The notes beneath the pieces are model-generated. The model ran no database searches. It worked only from the letters and a program-made list of their open reading frames with translations, and was not told the origin of the DNA. Positions 9,374 through 18,570 of a DNA stretch of 64,000 bases are shown piece after piece. This DNA comes from Candidatus Poribacteria bacterium (GTDB taxonomy: Bacteria > Poribacteria > WGA-4E > JAJDTR01): NCBI GenBank assembly GCA_965222225.1, contig CBDCTK010000002.1, forward strand, positions 1,408,001 through 1,472,000. The letters run 5' to 3'. The translations under genes and the position numbers were made by a program. The number at the start of each line of letters is the position of its first letter. Within the stretch, counting starts at the first letter, position 1.

Positions 9374-10541
9374 AGCAAACTCCTACGAGAAGAATAGTCA
9401 CTATGGACATCTACGTGTGACGAAAAGATTTACGACAGGGTACCAAGTTTTATGTTTGTCGTCAGTCTAAAAGCTACAAGCTACTAATTCCGTTTACTTT
9501 TGTGCTTGGAAGATGACGACGGTGAGTGTATATCGGCGTACGTTCGTCGTAAAAGTTAAACCTCGGCGAAACATCTGCGAGTCCTATATTTGCCTGATAG
9601 AAAGCCTGAATGGTCCCGATGTCCTCCCAATAACCGTCGAAGAAGTAGGCGAACACGCGGTGCGTATGGATGCAGTTCGGAATAATATCCACGCCAAAAT
9701 CGACGTGCGATTCATTCGAAAGCGCTTGCTCCAAGAGTGCCCGATTGAAGATGTAGATGCCCATTGAAGCAATGTGCTGTCTGCCGCACGGATCGATGTC
9801 TCTTGAAATGAAAGTGTTTTCTGGAACTGCTAACCGCTGGAGTTCTTCCTCAGTCTGCGGCTTTTCCACAAAATCGGTGACTCGTCCGTCATTATCGGTT
9901 TGCAAAATACCGAAACCGCTGGTATTTTCCTTATAGACTGGAATAACGGAGATTGTGATATCCGCCTTCGATTCGACATGAACGTCTAACATTTTGCGGT
10001 AGTCCATTCGGTAAAGATGGTCGCCGGCTAGGATAAGTACATATTCGTCCGTGAATCTTGGGCTAATGATGTACGATTCGTTTTGTCGAACTGCATCCGC
10101 CGTGCCCTGATACCACGCCTCACCTTCAACCGTTTGTTGGGCAGCCAATACCTGTACAAATCCGCGACGATAAGAATCAAATCGGTAGGTTTGGGCAATA
10201 TGACGATTCAACGAAACCGAATTAAACTGAGTAAGAATGAAAATCCGCTCCATTCCAGAAACTAGGCAATTGCTGACTGGAATATCTACAAGTCTGAATT
10301 TGCCCGCGATTGGCACACTCGGTTTGGCTCGCTCCCTCGTCAGAGGAAATAGTCGTGTTCCTCTACCGCCGCCTAGAATGACTGCAATTACCTTATCTTC
10401 GTTCATTTACTATGCCGTTTTCCCGTTGAGCGCCGGTGTGCAGAGATCTCTTGTCCATGGCTTGAGAACCGTGCGTTTGCCGCAAACTCAGTCATTGAGC
10501 CCCTCCCACTCCTAGATAGAAATTAATTTCTCCTTCATTCT

Positions 10542-11129
10542 CTACAGCGTCCCTTTCGTCGAGAGTACCCCGCTCACACGAGTATCCATAATTGTAGCGA
10601 GATCGAGCGCCTTTGCAAATGCCTTGAAGATCGCTTCGATAATATGGTGATGGTTCGTTCCGTAAGGAACATTGATGTGAAGCGTTGTTCCGCTGTGATT
10701 GACGAATCCGTGGAAAAATTCTTCTACCAGTTCAACATCGAAATCACCCACTTTGGCGTGACGAAGTGGGGTATCGTGACGAAAAAATGGGCGTCCGCAT
10801 AGGTCTAAACTGATATGCGCAAGCGCTTCATACATTGGCACGGAAGAATTCCCGAAGCGACACATACCAGCTTTATCGCCCACGGCTCGGTTAAATGCTT
10901 CTCCCAAACAGATGCCCACATCCTCCACAGTGTGATGGGCATCCACGTGGAGATCACCAGTGGCATTCACCGTAAGATCGAAAAAGCCGTGTTTGGCAAA
11001 GAGTTCAAGCATGTGGTCCAAGAAGCCTACCCCAGTCTCGATTTGGGATTTGCCGGTGCCATCAACGTTCAACTTCAGTTCGATTTGTGTCTCCCGCGTT
11101 TTACGCGAGATTTCAACTTCCCGTTTCAC
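10542..11129 (-). CDS. hisB: imidazoleglycerol-phosphate dehydratase
   Basis: RKTRETQI, GFLDHML, DAHHTVEDVG, NHHHIIEAIFKA, STKG; GGAGG RBS. Confidence 0.98.
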   Translation of the reverse strand: MKREVEISRKTRETQIELKLNVDGTGKSQIETGVGFLDHMLELFAKHGFFDLTVNATGDLHVDAHHTVEDVGICLGEAFNRAVGDKAGMCRFGNSSVPMYEALAHISLDLCGRPFFRHDTPLRHAKVGDFDVELVEEFFHGFVNHSGTTLHINVPYGTNHHHIIEAIFKAFAKALDLATIMDTRVSGVLSTKGTL

Positions 11130-11260
11130 AATAGGTCCTCCTTGCAGTTATAATCGAAATCGGACGTTTCCTCCTTGGAAGTAAGTGCAGCACAAGGGCA
11201 CAGCGCATTCAAGTCCAAATCACCGCTAGAATTGCGGCTAGGATTGGAATATGATATACT

Positions 11261-11288
11261 TCAATTGTTGTCAATTGACAACAATTGA
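11261..11288. promoter_or_regulatory. perfect 28-bp palindrome, probable operator between divergent hisB and VWA gene
   Basis: TCAATTGTTGTCAATTGACAACAATTGA equals its own reverse complement and contains TTGACA on both strands. Confidence 0.6.
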
Positions 11289-11396
11289 CTGCAACAGTTC
11301 TGTTAGTGGTCTTCAATGAATCTAACGCACATCTCATGACTCCAGCAGATACCTCATACACCATAAATCGACACAAATAACGGGGAAATAGGACCA

Positions 11397-12818
11397 ATGG
11401 AATACTCGCGAACTTTGACGAGGCGGATTGCTTGGACGTTAATAACGGTCTGGTTGAGCATTGATGTGACAGCCGCGGTAGAGGTCTCCGCACAAGCTCG
11501 GAGGATTCGACGTCAGCGAGTAGTAATGCCTCAACAGCGCCAAGAAAAAGTCAATACAGATACAACGATAGATTTGAAAACAAATATCCTTGAGATTGCT
11601 CAGCGAGTGAGCGATCAATCCCAGAATTCGATGGTAGATTTTCTGTTCGTCATTGATGGCAGCCGGGGTATGATGGACGGAATCTCTGTAATTCAAAAAA
11701 CTCTCATTGGCATGGCTAACGTATTTGAGGAAGAGTTGATTAACTATCAATTCGCCCAAGTCTCGTTCGAGAAAGTCGCCGGCGTACCAAAAACCAGCAT
11801 TCAATCATTCGAGAACGATCTGGTTGCCAGTCAAGCGTGGTTTCGTGAATTGCAAATGTCGCGGGGTGCCGAGACCGGTTATGGACTTGATGCAATTCTA
11901 CAATCGATAAGGGAGACCAACTTTCGACCGGAAGCGTTGAAACATTTACTGGTTGTAACCAATTCACATTTGCAGACCGCCTGGACCGCAGAAAAGGCGA
12001 ATGACAAAGTCGTGAAGGAAATTGTAAACCTGTGCAAACAGGACAATATACATGTCAACATCATCGGGGTGAGCGAAAGCGCACAGATACAGTTGACAGC
12101 TAAGACGGGCGGCAAATTTTACGCTATCTCTGGCAGTGGTCAGAAGGGCGTAAAATTTGTTAACTCAGGTGACCTAGACAAGTCGATTCTCAAAATTGAA
12201 GGTGTTTTCAAGCTTACTGCCCAGCATATTTCCGCGACAGTAAAGCAACCAGCCGACATTGTTTTTATGTTTGACTCAAGTTTAAGTATGGCGGCTAAAG
12301 CTAACAAAATCAAAACAGACAGAATTTGTGCCGGCATTGATGAAATGGCGAACATCTTGAAATCAGCGGGAATCAATTACCGATTTGGCGCTATCCGTTT
12401 TTGGTCAGCAATCGGTAGCGGCGAAAGCGTCGTAGTGCTTACCAAACCGCCATTGAACACCGATCAAGTTAAGCGCCTTTATCGCGCGCCTAAGCAAGGC
12501 GACAAACATCTCCTCGGGGCAGTGATAAAGGGTGTGCCCAAAATCAAAACCCCTACAGATCGCCAGCTTGTCCTCGTGATTGTTACAGATGGCTCGACTG
12601 GGCACCGCGCGGAAAAAGGGTATACCGTCAATCAAGCCATCGGCGTTTGTCGGAGGGCTGGCGCGCAAGTGAATGTCATCGGAGAATCTTCAATGAGTAT
12701 TCATTCCTATAAGGGGCGCTTTGGCGGCCGCGCTACATCCCCTTCGGTTGTTTTTCAGAAACGGGTTGCTGAAATAACAAACGGCGTACATTACGTTATG
12801 CCCAGAGCCTCTAACTAG
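11397..12818 (+). CDS. secreted tandem von Willebrand factor A domain protein
   Basis: Signal-like N-terminus; two MIDAS-type motifs DFLFVIDGSRGM and DIVFMFDSSLSM; IVTDG. Confidence 0.8.
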   Translation: MEYSRTLTRRIAWTLITVWLSIDVTAAVEVSAQARRIRRQRVVMPQQRQEKVNTDTTIDLKTNILEIAQRVSDQSQNSMVDFLFVIDGSRGMMDGISVIQKTLIGMANVFEEELINYQFAQVSFEKVAGVPKTSIQSFENDLVASQAWFRELQMSRGAETGYGLDAILQSIRETNFRPEALKHLLVVTNSHLQTAWTAEKANDKVVKEIVNLCKQDNIHVNIIGVSESAQIQLTAKTGGKFYAISGSGQKGVKFVNSGDLDKSILKIEGVFKLTAQHISATVKQPADIVFMFDSSLSMAAKANKIKTDRICAGIDEMANILKSAGINYRFGAIRFWSAIGSGESVVVLTKPPLNTDQVKRLYRAPKQGDKHLLGAVIKGVPKIKTPTDRQLVLVIVTDGSTGHRAEKGYTVNQAIGVCRRAGAQVNVIGESSMSIHSYKGRFGGRATSPSVVFQKRVAEITNGVHYVMPRASN

Positions 12819-13153
12819 TTCCTCAAACTGGCAGACGTTAGTTTGTAATTCTAGGCTCTGCTCAGCAATCTCTTGCTTGCCTGGTATCTCCAATCGTCCT
12901 CCGTGATTGTTGTCATAAATTCAAGCGTGACGAGGCCGGCACTCAGTGAATTAAATCCGATAGCGAATGCCATTGCGGGGTAAACCAAAATCTGAAAACC
13001 ACTCTGCACTTCTCGCCTCCTACCGAAACCGGCAACCTGATTTGTTATCTGCTCCAGTTTCACGATTTATGCCTTCCCCGACTGCAGGATTGCCTAATCT
13101 CTCGACTAATTTACGCCGTAAGCCGATTGGCCTCCTCAGGAAACGGATGTGAG

Positions 13154-13242
13154 GTTGGCTTTGAATCCGTATCGCTTGAATCCAGCCTACGCAACGGCAG
13201 CGTTCAGTGGATTCTAGGTTGGACATACTTATCCCGCCCAAC
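13154..13242. repeat. two decayed GTAG-type REP-like hairpins in opposite orientation
   Basis: Minus: GTAGGCTGGATT..AAAGCCAAC (13154-13190); plus: TAGGTTGGAC..GCCCAAC (13215-13242). Confidence 0.4.
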
Positions 13243-13513
13243 TTTCCTACCTGCGTCACGTTTCCCCGAGTCGTTCCAATCTTTCAGGTCATTCGTTCGC
13301 ACAGTCCCCAGAATGAATGCGATCGACATAGGAATAGTATCTGCCGAATTTCTTCCCTAACCGTCCTTCTTTACTGACGAGTTAGCCTATCGGCGCTTTT
13401 GCGAATGGCTGCCCCTCGCACCAAGCAGGGCAGGAAATCAATCAGTTTGGATTTGGTATTCCAGACCTAGCGGAGAAGTTCCGATGGAATGAGAAAGCCT
13501 GAAACCAAAAACC

Positions 13514-14470
13514 TCAATTTTCTAGGTCTTCCTCGATCTTTCTTGCGTACATCGCGATGAGCGCAAAGCAAGTTGTTTGTAGGTTTGCCACTGGTTCTTG
13601 CAATTCAATGGGAGTATCACTGATAAAGCCGCCATCTTCCTGTTGGACGGTTGTCAGATATCCGAGTGTAACACGATCTGAATTCAGCGGATCTCTTCCG
13701 GCGGCTAACGCCATCACGGCATAGGCTGAAATCTCGGGATCGCTCTTCTCTCCTTTCGTCCTGCCGAAACCGCCATCCTCATTTTGCATTTGTTTCAGCC
13801 ATACTATTTGAGCATCAATGTCATAGACTGCCGCCAACCCTTGCAATACCCAAGATGTGACAAGTACATCCGAGCGGCTACCGCGTTTCAACGACCAGCC
13901 GCCATCCACATTGATTTCCTCGGCGAGCCAATCAGCGCCTCTTGAGACGGGCGAAAAGCTTGCTTTGAAATCCATCCGTTTTAGCCCAGCTAATACGGCG
14001 GCGGTGTTCAGTGGATTGCCAGGTTTATGCATTTCTCTCGCCCAACTACCATTCTCGTTCTGTGCGTCCCTGATCCATTTCAATCCTGCGAATCTTGTCT
14101 CTGAATCATCCGTCTTAGCTTGAGCAAGCGTGACTAGTGCAAAGATTGTATGCGCTGTATTACCATTCCAACTCCCATCTTGCTTTTGTTGGCGCGTCAG
14201 ATACCTCACACCCCGACGAATAACGGTTGAGCCTGTGCCCCAGCCCTTGAACATTAGCGCTTGCATAGCGAAAGAGGTGACTTCAACATCGCTTTCTACT
14301 CCCGGTACGAGAGGCCAGCCGCCATCTTCGTTTTGAGCGGAATGGATGTATGATTCGGCGCGTTCAATGGTCTCGAATAGAGTCGAACCAACCAGACGCT
14401 CTCCAGGGGAAAGGATTAGACAAATAAGCAATATCCCCAACAATAGAAACCTAGATTGATACCTTCGCAT
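13514..14470 (-). CDS. secreted prenyltransferase/squalene-cyclase (QW) repeat protein
   Basis: Signal peptide; six QxxDG(G/S)W/F repeats (QNEDGGW, QKQDGSW, QNENGSW, NVDGGW, QNEDGGF, QQEDGGF). Confidence 0.85.
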   Translation of the reverse strand: MRRYQSRFLLLGILLICLILSPGERLVGSTLFETIERAESYIHSAQNEDGGWPLVPGVESDVEVTSFAMQALMFKGWGTGSTVIRRGVRYLTRQQKQDGSWNGNTAHTIFALVTLAQAKTDDSETRFAGLKWIRDAQNENGSWAREMHKPGNPLNTAAVLAGLKRMDFKASFSPVSRGADWLAEEINVDGGWSLKRGSRSDVLVTSWVLQGLAAVYDIDAQIVWLKQMQNEDGGFGRTKGEKSDPEISAYAVMALAAGRDPLNSDRVTLGYLTTVQQEDGGFISDTPIELQEPVANLQTTCFALIAMYARKIEEDLEN

Positions 14471-14535
14471 GCTATCTTCTCCTTAAATTTGGGACAATCT
14501 TTCCTTGCCAAGTCGGAGGTCACGGATTTATGCTT

Positions 14536-15153
14536 TCACGGCTTAAGTTGCTGATCTACCAGACCAAAGACCGTTTCTAGAACATCCCTATCGAACTTCC
14601 CCAATGGATGAATCAACCGTATTCTGCCCAAGCGGTCTATGAAAACCATTGTACACCCTTCGGAGGAAATGCAGTATTGCCTTGTCACTTTTCCATTCCA
14701 GTCGAGAAGAATGCTCGCAAATAGGGTATTATCACCAGCTTCACGAAGTTTCGCCTTAATCTTTCCCTTCATATACCATCGCGCAAGAAGAGGTAAGTTT
14801 GAGGCGTTGAGGATGGGGAGGATATACGAGTCACCTGCATACCGTTTCCTGAAGAGTGTAAACCATTCCTCGCTTTGAATATTACCTTTCCTGTCACACC
14901 CCAAGAGTATTACATTTTGTTCCCTAAATTGGTTTAACCGAAATTTGACATCGTACTGATTCTGAAGCGTAAAGTCGGGAGCGATTGAACCAAGAGAAGA
15001 AGTGACGAGTGAAGGCTTTCTACAGGCAGGAAAGATGAAACAACCGACTATTAGCAGATATACGACATGTGGGCGGTAAGTAATGGATAACAGGCAATAA
15101 AATAACTGGCATTCTGAGAGCACATTACTTTTGGTTTGTTTCATCGCAAGCAA
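14536..15153 (-). CDS. redoxin/thioredoxin-fold membrane or lipoprotein
   Basis: GSIAPDFTLQNQ, ILLDWNG, FIDRLGRIR; no CxxC. Confidence 0.65.
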   Translation of the reverse strand: MLAMKQTKSNVLSECQLFYCLLSITYRPHVVYLLIVGCFIFPACRKPSLVTSSLGSIAPDFTLQNQYDVKFRLNQFREQNVILLGCDRKGNIQSEEWFTLFRKRYAGDSYILPILNASNLPLLARWYMKGKIKAKLREAGDNTLFASILLDWNGKVTRQYCISSEGCTMVFIDRLGRIRLIHPLGKFDRDVLETVFGLVDQQLKP

Positions 15154-15158
15154 GTGCT

Positions 15159-16337
15159 TTAGTGAGACCAGATTGGTACCAAGACTTTCGTCAACTTCAC
15201 AAGACTTTCCAGATTATGAGCGGGTAGAAAATAATCAACATACGGCAAAGCGGTACGGATCCCTCGGCAAACGGGTTGATATCCGCTGCTACCAAGTAAC
15301 GGGTTGAGCCATATTAGCTTGTATGCGTGTCGATTCAGCATTTCCATTGATTGCTGTAACACATCTGCATCACCTTGATCCCAGCCATCACTGATTAGGA
15401 TGACAATGGATCGATTGGCTGTGAAGGAGCGCGCAAATTCGCGGTAAAAACCAATAATACTTTCTCCTATTTTCGTTCCACCCGACCAATCGGGCACTAC
15501 CTCTGCCATTTCACGGAGCCCTTCTTCGACGCCCTTGCGACGTAGGAGTCCGGTAATGTTCGTCAAACGTGTGCTAAACACCGCAACTTCAATCTCTTTA
15601 ATCTCCTGTTGCATACCATAGATGAATTGAATTAGGAATTTCGAGTAACAATCCATCGATCCGCTGACATCGCAGAGTAAGAGAATTTTGTTTTTCTTAA
15701 TCTTGCTACGCTTGTGAACGAGGGTTAGCAGTTCACCGCCGTAAGCGATATTTTTGCGCCAGCTTCGTCTGAAGTCAATAGTTTTCCCCTTGACTGCCAG
15801 TTCCTTGCGCCGACTTAATCTTGTGGCAAGCAACGCCGCAAATTTTGCAATCGCTTCGCGTGCTTTTTCAATTTCCTCCGGCGACAGCTTGCTGAAATCC
15901 TTCTGCGTGAGGACATCATCGGGGCTATAGGCAATTGTGTCGCCAGCTTCCTGCTCTTCGTTTTCCGCGCTGTTCAATTCCGACCACTCATTTACAGAAA
16001 AATCTCCACCGTCGTCCTGCACCATGTCAGCAAGTTCTTGAAGTGAGGATTCATCAGTTGATAGAGCATCATCATTGTCATCAATCCCTAACGGCTGAGG
16101 AGTCGGGCGAGGGTATTTCCAGAACAGGTTAAACGCTAAATCGAAAGTTTCACGATCGGACTCATTTGCTATCAGGTTTGTTCTGGCTGTATGATAAAAC
16201 TCGTCACGTTGTGCAATGTCGATGAGTTCCAAACTGCGGCAGAAACTAATCTGATTCGTCGTTGTAACGTTGATATCCATCTGTTTGAGCAGGTGGCAGA
16301 AGGCAGTGATTTCTCGAGAAAGTGTTCGTTGTCTCAT
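15159..16337 (-). CDS. coxE: CoxE-like VWA domain protein
   Basis: IDFRRSWR, LLCDVSGSM, FSTRLTNIT, WSGGTKIG, ISDGWD, WLNPL. Confidence 0.85.
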   Translation of the reverse strand: MRQRTLSREITAFCHLLKQMDINVTTTNQISFCRSLELIDIAQRDEFYHTARTNLIANESDRETFDLAFNLFWKYPRPTPQPLGIDDNDDALSTDESSLQELADMVQDDGGDFSVNEWSELNSAENEEQEAGDTIAYSPDDVLTQKDFSKLSPEEIEKAREAIAKFAALLATRLSRRKELAVKGKTIDFRRSWRKNIAYGGELLTLVHKRSKIKKNKILLLCDVSGSMDCYSKFLIQFIYGMQQEIKEIEVAVFSTRLTNITGLLRRKGVEEGLREMAEVVPDWSGGTKIGESIIGFYREFARSFTANRSIVILISDGWDQGDADVLQQSMEMLNRHAYKLIWLNPLLGSSGYQPVCRGIRTALPYVDYFLPAHNLESLVKLTKVLVPIWSH

Positions 16338-16359
16338 GGAATTACCCTTGCGAAGAGAG

Positions 16360-17286
16360 TCAATCCGCTTTCTCTGATTTATCATCAGAAGACGAATCCG
16401 CTAAGCGCTTCGCCCGAGCGATGAACTCATGTAGGTCGGATCCCTGGGCACGTTGAACGTCATCCTGATATTTGAAGAGGCAACCAAGTGTTTCATCAAC
16501 AACCTCCGGATCAAGTGCGTCTTTCCCCAGTGCAATAAGCGCTAGCCCCCAATCGAGTGTTTCTGCTATGCCCGGTTTCTTATAATAGTCGCCTTCCCGC
16601 CAAATCTGCATCATGTTGCACAACTGTCGCGCCAGCGAATCATTGATATGCGGGAGTTTGGTATTCACGATTGACAATTCCTTTTGAAGAGAAGGGTAAT
16701 CAATCCACTGATAAAGGCAGCGTCGCTTAAGGGCTTCGTGAACCTCTCGCGTACGATTCGACGTCAATACAACGTAAGGAATATGCTTCGCGCGAATCGT
16801 GCCAATCTCCGGTATCGTGATTTGGAAATCGGACAGAATCTCAAGCAAGAATGCCTCAAACTCGCTGTCGCTCCTATCCACTTCGTCAATAAGTAACACC
16901 GGAGGTACCCCACCATCGCTCTGAATCGCTTCAAGGAGTGGGCGCTTTAAGAGAAATGCTTCGTTAAAAATGCTAGCACCAATTTGGTCCTTATCAATCC
17001 CTTGCGCTTCGTCAATTCGCAACTGTAGAATCTGCTTGGTATAGTTCCACTCGTACAATGCGTTGTTTGCGTCGAGACCTTCATAGCACTGCAAACGGAT
17101 TAACTTACCACCTGTTATGTTCGCCAGAACTTTCGCAACCTCTGTCTTGCCAACCCCCGGTTCACCCTCAAGAAAAATTGGTTTGTTCAGGTTATGAGCT
17201 AAGTAGATAGTCGTCGCCAACGCTCGGTCGGTAATATATTCCCCCTTAGCGCACGCATTTTGAACTTTCTCAATTGATTCAAACAT
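16360..17286 (-). CDS. coxD: CoxD-like MoxR AAA+ ATPase
   Basis: Walker A GEPGVGKT, IRLQCYEG, LLIDEVD, TSNRTRE, KKPGIAETLDW. Confidence 0.88.
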   Translation of the reverse strand: MFESIEKVQNACAKGEYITDRALATTIYLAHNLNKPIFLEGEPGVGKTEVAKVLANITGGKLIRLQCYEGLDANNALYEWNYTKQILQLRIDEAQGIDKDQIGASIFNEAFLLKRPLLEAIQSDGGVPPVLLIDEVDRSDSEFEAFLLEILSDFQITIPEIGTIRAKHIPYVVLTSNRTREVHEALKRRCLYQWIDYPSLQKELSIVNTKLPHINDSLARQLCNMMQIWREGDYYKKPGIAETLDWGLALIALGKDALDPEVVDETLGCLFKYQDDVQRAQGSDLHEFIARAKRLADSSSDDKSEKAD

Positions 17287-17350
17287 TTTTACTTAACCTA
17301 GAGTTTAGTCCAACAAAATTCGCCTGTGACAAGTCGTGATGTCATCGAAT

Positions 17351-17965
17351 CTACTGCATCATTCTTTCGTCCTGCAGCGCTTCTTCATAATCTTTACGAT
17401 AATCAATGTCTTTCAGGACACGGTTTGTGTCAACGATGACGTATTGAATATCGTCAGCGTTTTTTTTGAAAAGCGATCTAATGCCACCGCTTTCCGCGTC
17501 GAGAGAGAGGATGTCAGAAGCGTAGCGCCGATTAAAAATGGCAGGATGTCCGCGACGATAGTTGTAACTTGGCAGCGCAATTCCTTTATCCGATTCTTTA
17601 TAGGCCTCAACGACGCAATTGATGAGGTCTGAAGTGATAAACGGCTGATCGACAAGCATCAGCGCAAACGCATCAGCGCAATCAGGTAACGCTTGGACCC
17701 CACATTGGGCGGAAGTCAGCATCCCTTCTTGATAGTTCGGGTTAAACACAACCTTGATTGGTTTGTGCCGAATCTTTTCATGCGCCTTCTCCGACTCGTG
17801 ACCGATTACGACGATGACCTCATCAAGCTTGGATCCGAGCATATTATCGATCATCGTTTCGATAATGGTACTGTCGCCGAAGGGAAGGAGTTGTTTTGGT
17901 TCCCCCATTCGGGTGGAAAGACCTGCCGCAAGGAGTATCCCGTGAATTTTAATAGTTGTTGGCAT
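17351..17965 (-). CDS. mocA: molybdenum cofactor cytidylyltransferase
   Basis: LLAAGLSTRMGEPKQLL, DQPF, GHPAIF, DID. Confidence 0.85.
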   Translation of the reverse strand: MPTTIKIHGILLAAGLSTRMGEPKQLLPFGDSTIIETMIDNMLGSKLDEVIVVIGHESEKAHEKIRHKPIKVVFNPNYQEGMLTSAQCGVQALPDCADAFALMLVDQPFITSDLINCVVEAYKESDKGIALPSYNYRRGHPAIFNRRYASDILSLDAESGGIRSLFKKNADDIQYVIVDTNRVLKDIDYRKDYEEALQDERMMQ

Positions 17966-18077
17966 AAAGCACGACTGAATCAGACATTCTCGGGTAACTT
18001 TATCACGAGAGATATGCGATGCTCTTATGTATGAATTCGGACAGTGAATCCCAACACAAAAGGACTAACTCTCAAAC

Positions 18078-18347
18078 CTAGAAGCGAATCTCAAAACCTG
18101 CGCATTCCTCACTACGCTCGAATTGATCGATTTGGACACGGTCAACTCTACCTGCAGGAGGCCCCTGTTCCAATAACATAAGGAACTCATCCAGCGCCAT
18201 CTTATCCCCAGCGGCGACGACCTCAACATCGCTGTTAGCTAGGTTTCTGGCGTAGCCACGAACCCCAATTTTCTCTGCACTTCGACGTGCAAAATCGCGG
18301 AAACCGACTCCCTGCACTCGGCCGCTAATAAGGATATGAATTTGCAT
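18078..18347 (-). CDS. acyP: acylphosphatase
   Basis: GRVQGVGFR, GYARNL, GPPAGRV. Confidence 0.95.
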   Translation of the reverse strand: MQIHILISGRVQGVGFRDFARRSAEKIGVRGYARNLANSDVEVVAAGDKMALDEFLMLLEQGPPAGRVDRVQIDQFERSEECAGFEIRF

Positions 18348-18570
18348 AGGCTAGTTAAACACATTCGCCAACTTCACCGCTGTTTTGCTCGGTAGAAGCT
18401 GCTTGGCGCTCTTTATGCTTGAGGTTTATTGAGTATATCACAAACTCGTCTGGGATTGCATGAAATTTCCCTCAACGGCAGAATGTCCGAGGTTGAGAAT
18501 CGTGACCATATCATGAAAGTGCTCTGAAACGCCAAGCTTTGCTCGTTTTACACTAGGTCGCGTAACACCT

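Larger units (their letters stand above)
8244..9492 (-). mobile_element. IS1595-family insertion sequence, copy 1 (1249 bp)
   Basis: Imperfect TIRs GGGACTTAGTAGTT / CGGAATTAGTAGCT; 8-bp TSD TTTACTTT at 8236-8243 and 9493-9500; near-identical copy at 63110. Confidence 0.95.
7857..10406 (-). pseudogene. glgC: glucose-1-phosphate adenylyltransferase interrupted by IS1595
   Basis: GGGRGTRLFPLT..RAKP, WYQGTADAV, GYWEDIGT in 9493-10406. Removing the IS and one TSD restores LPSTKVNNSSVRSSILSEGSII...ILMGADFYE in frame to stop 7857. Confidence 0.95.
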
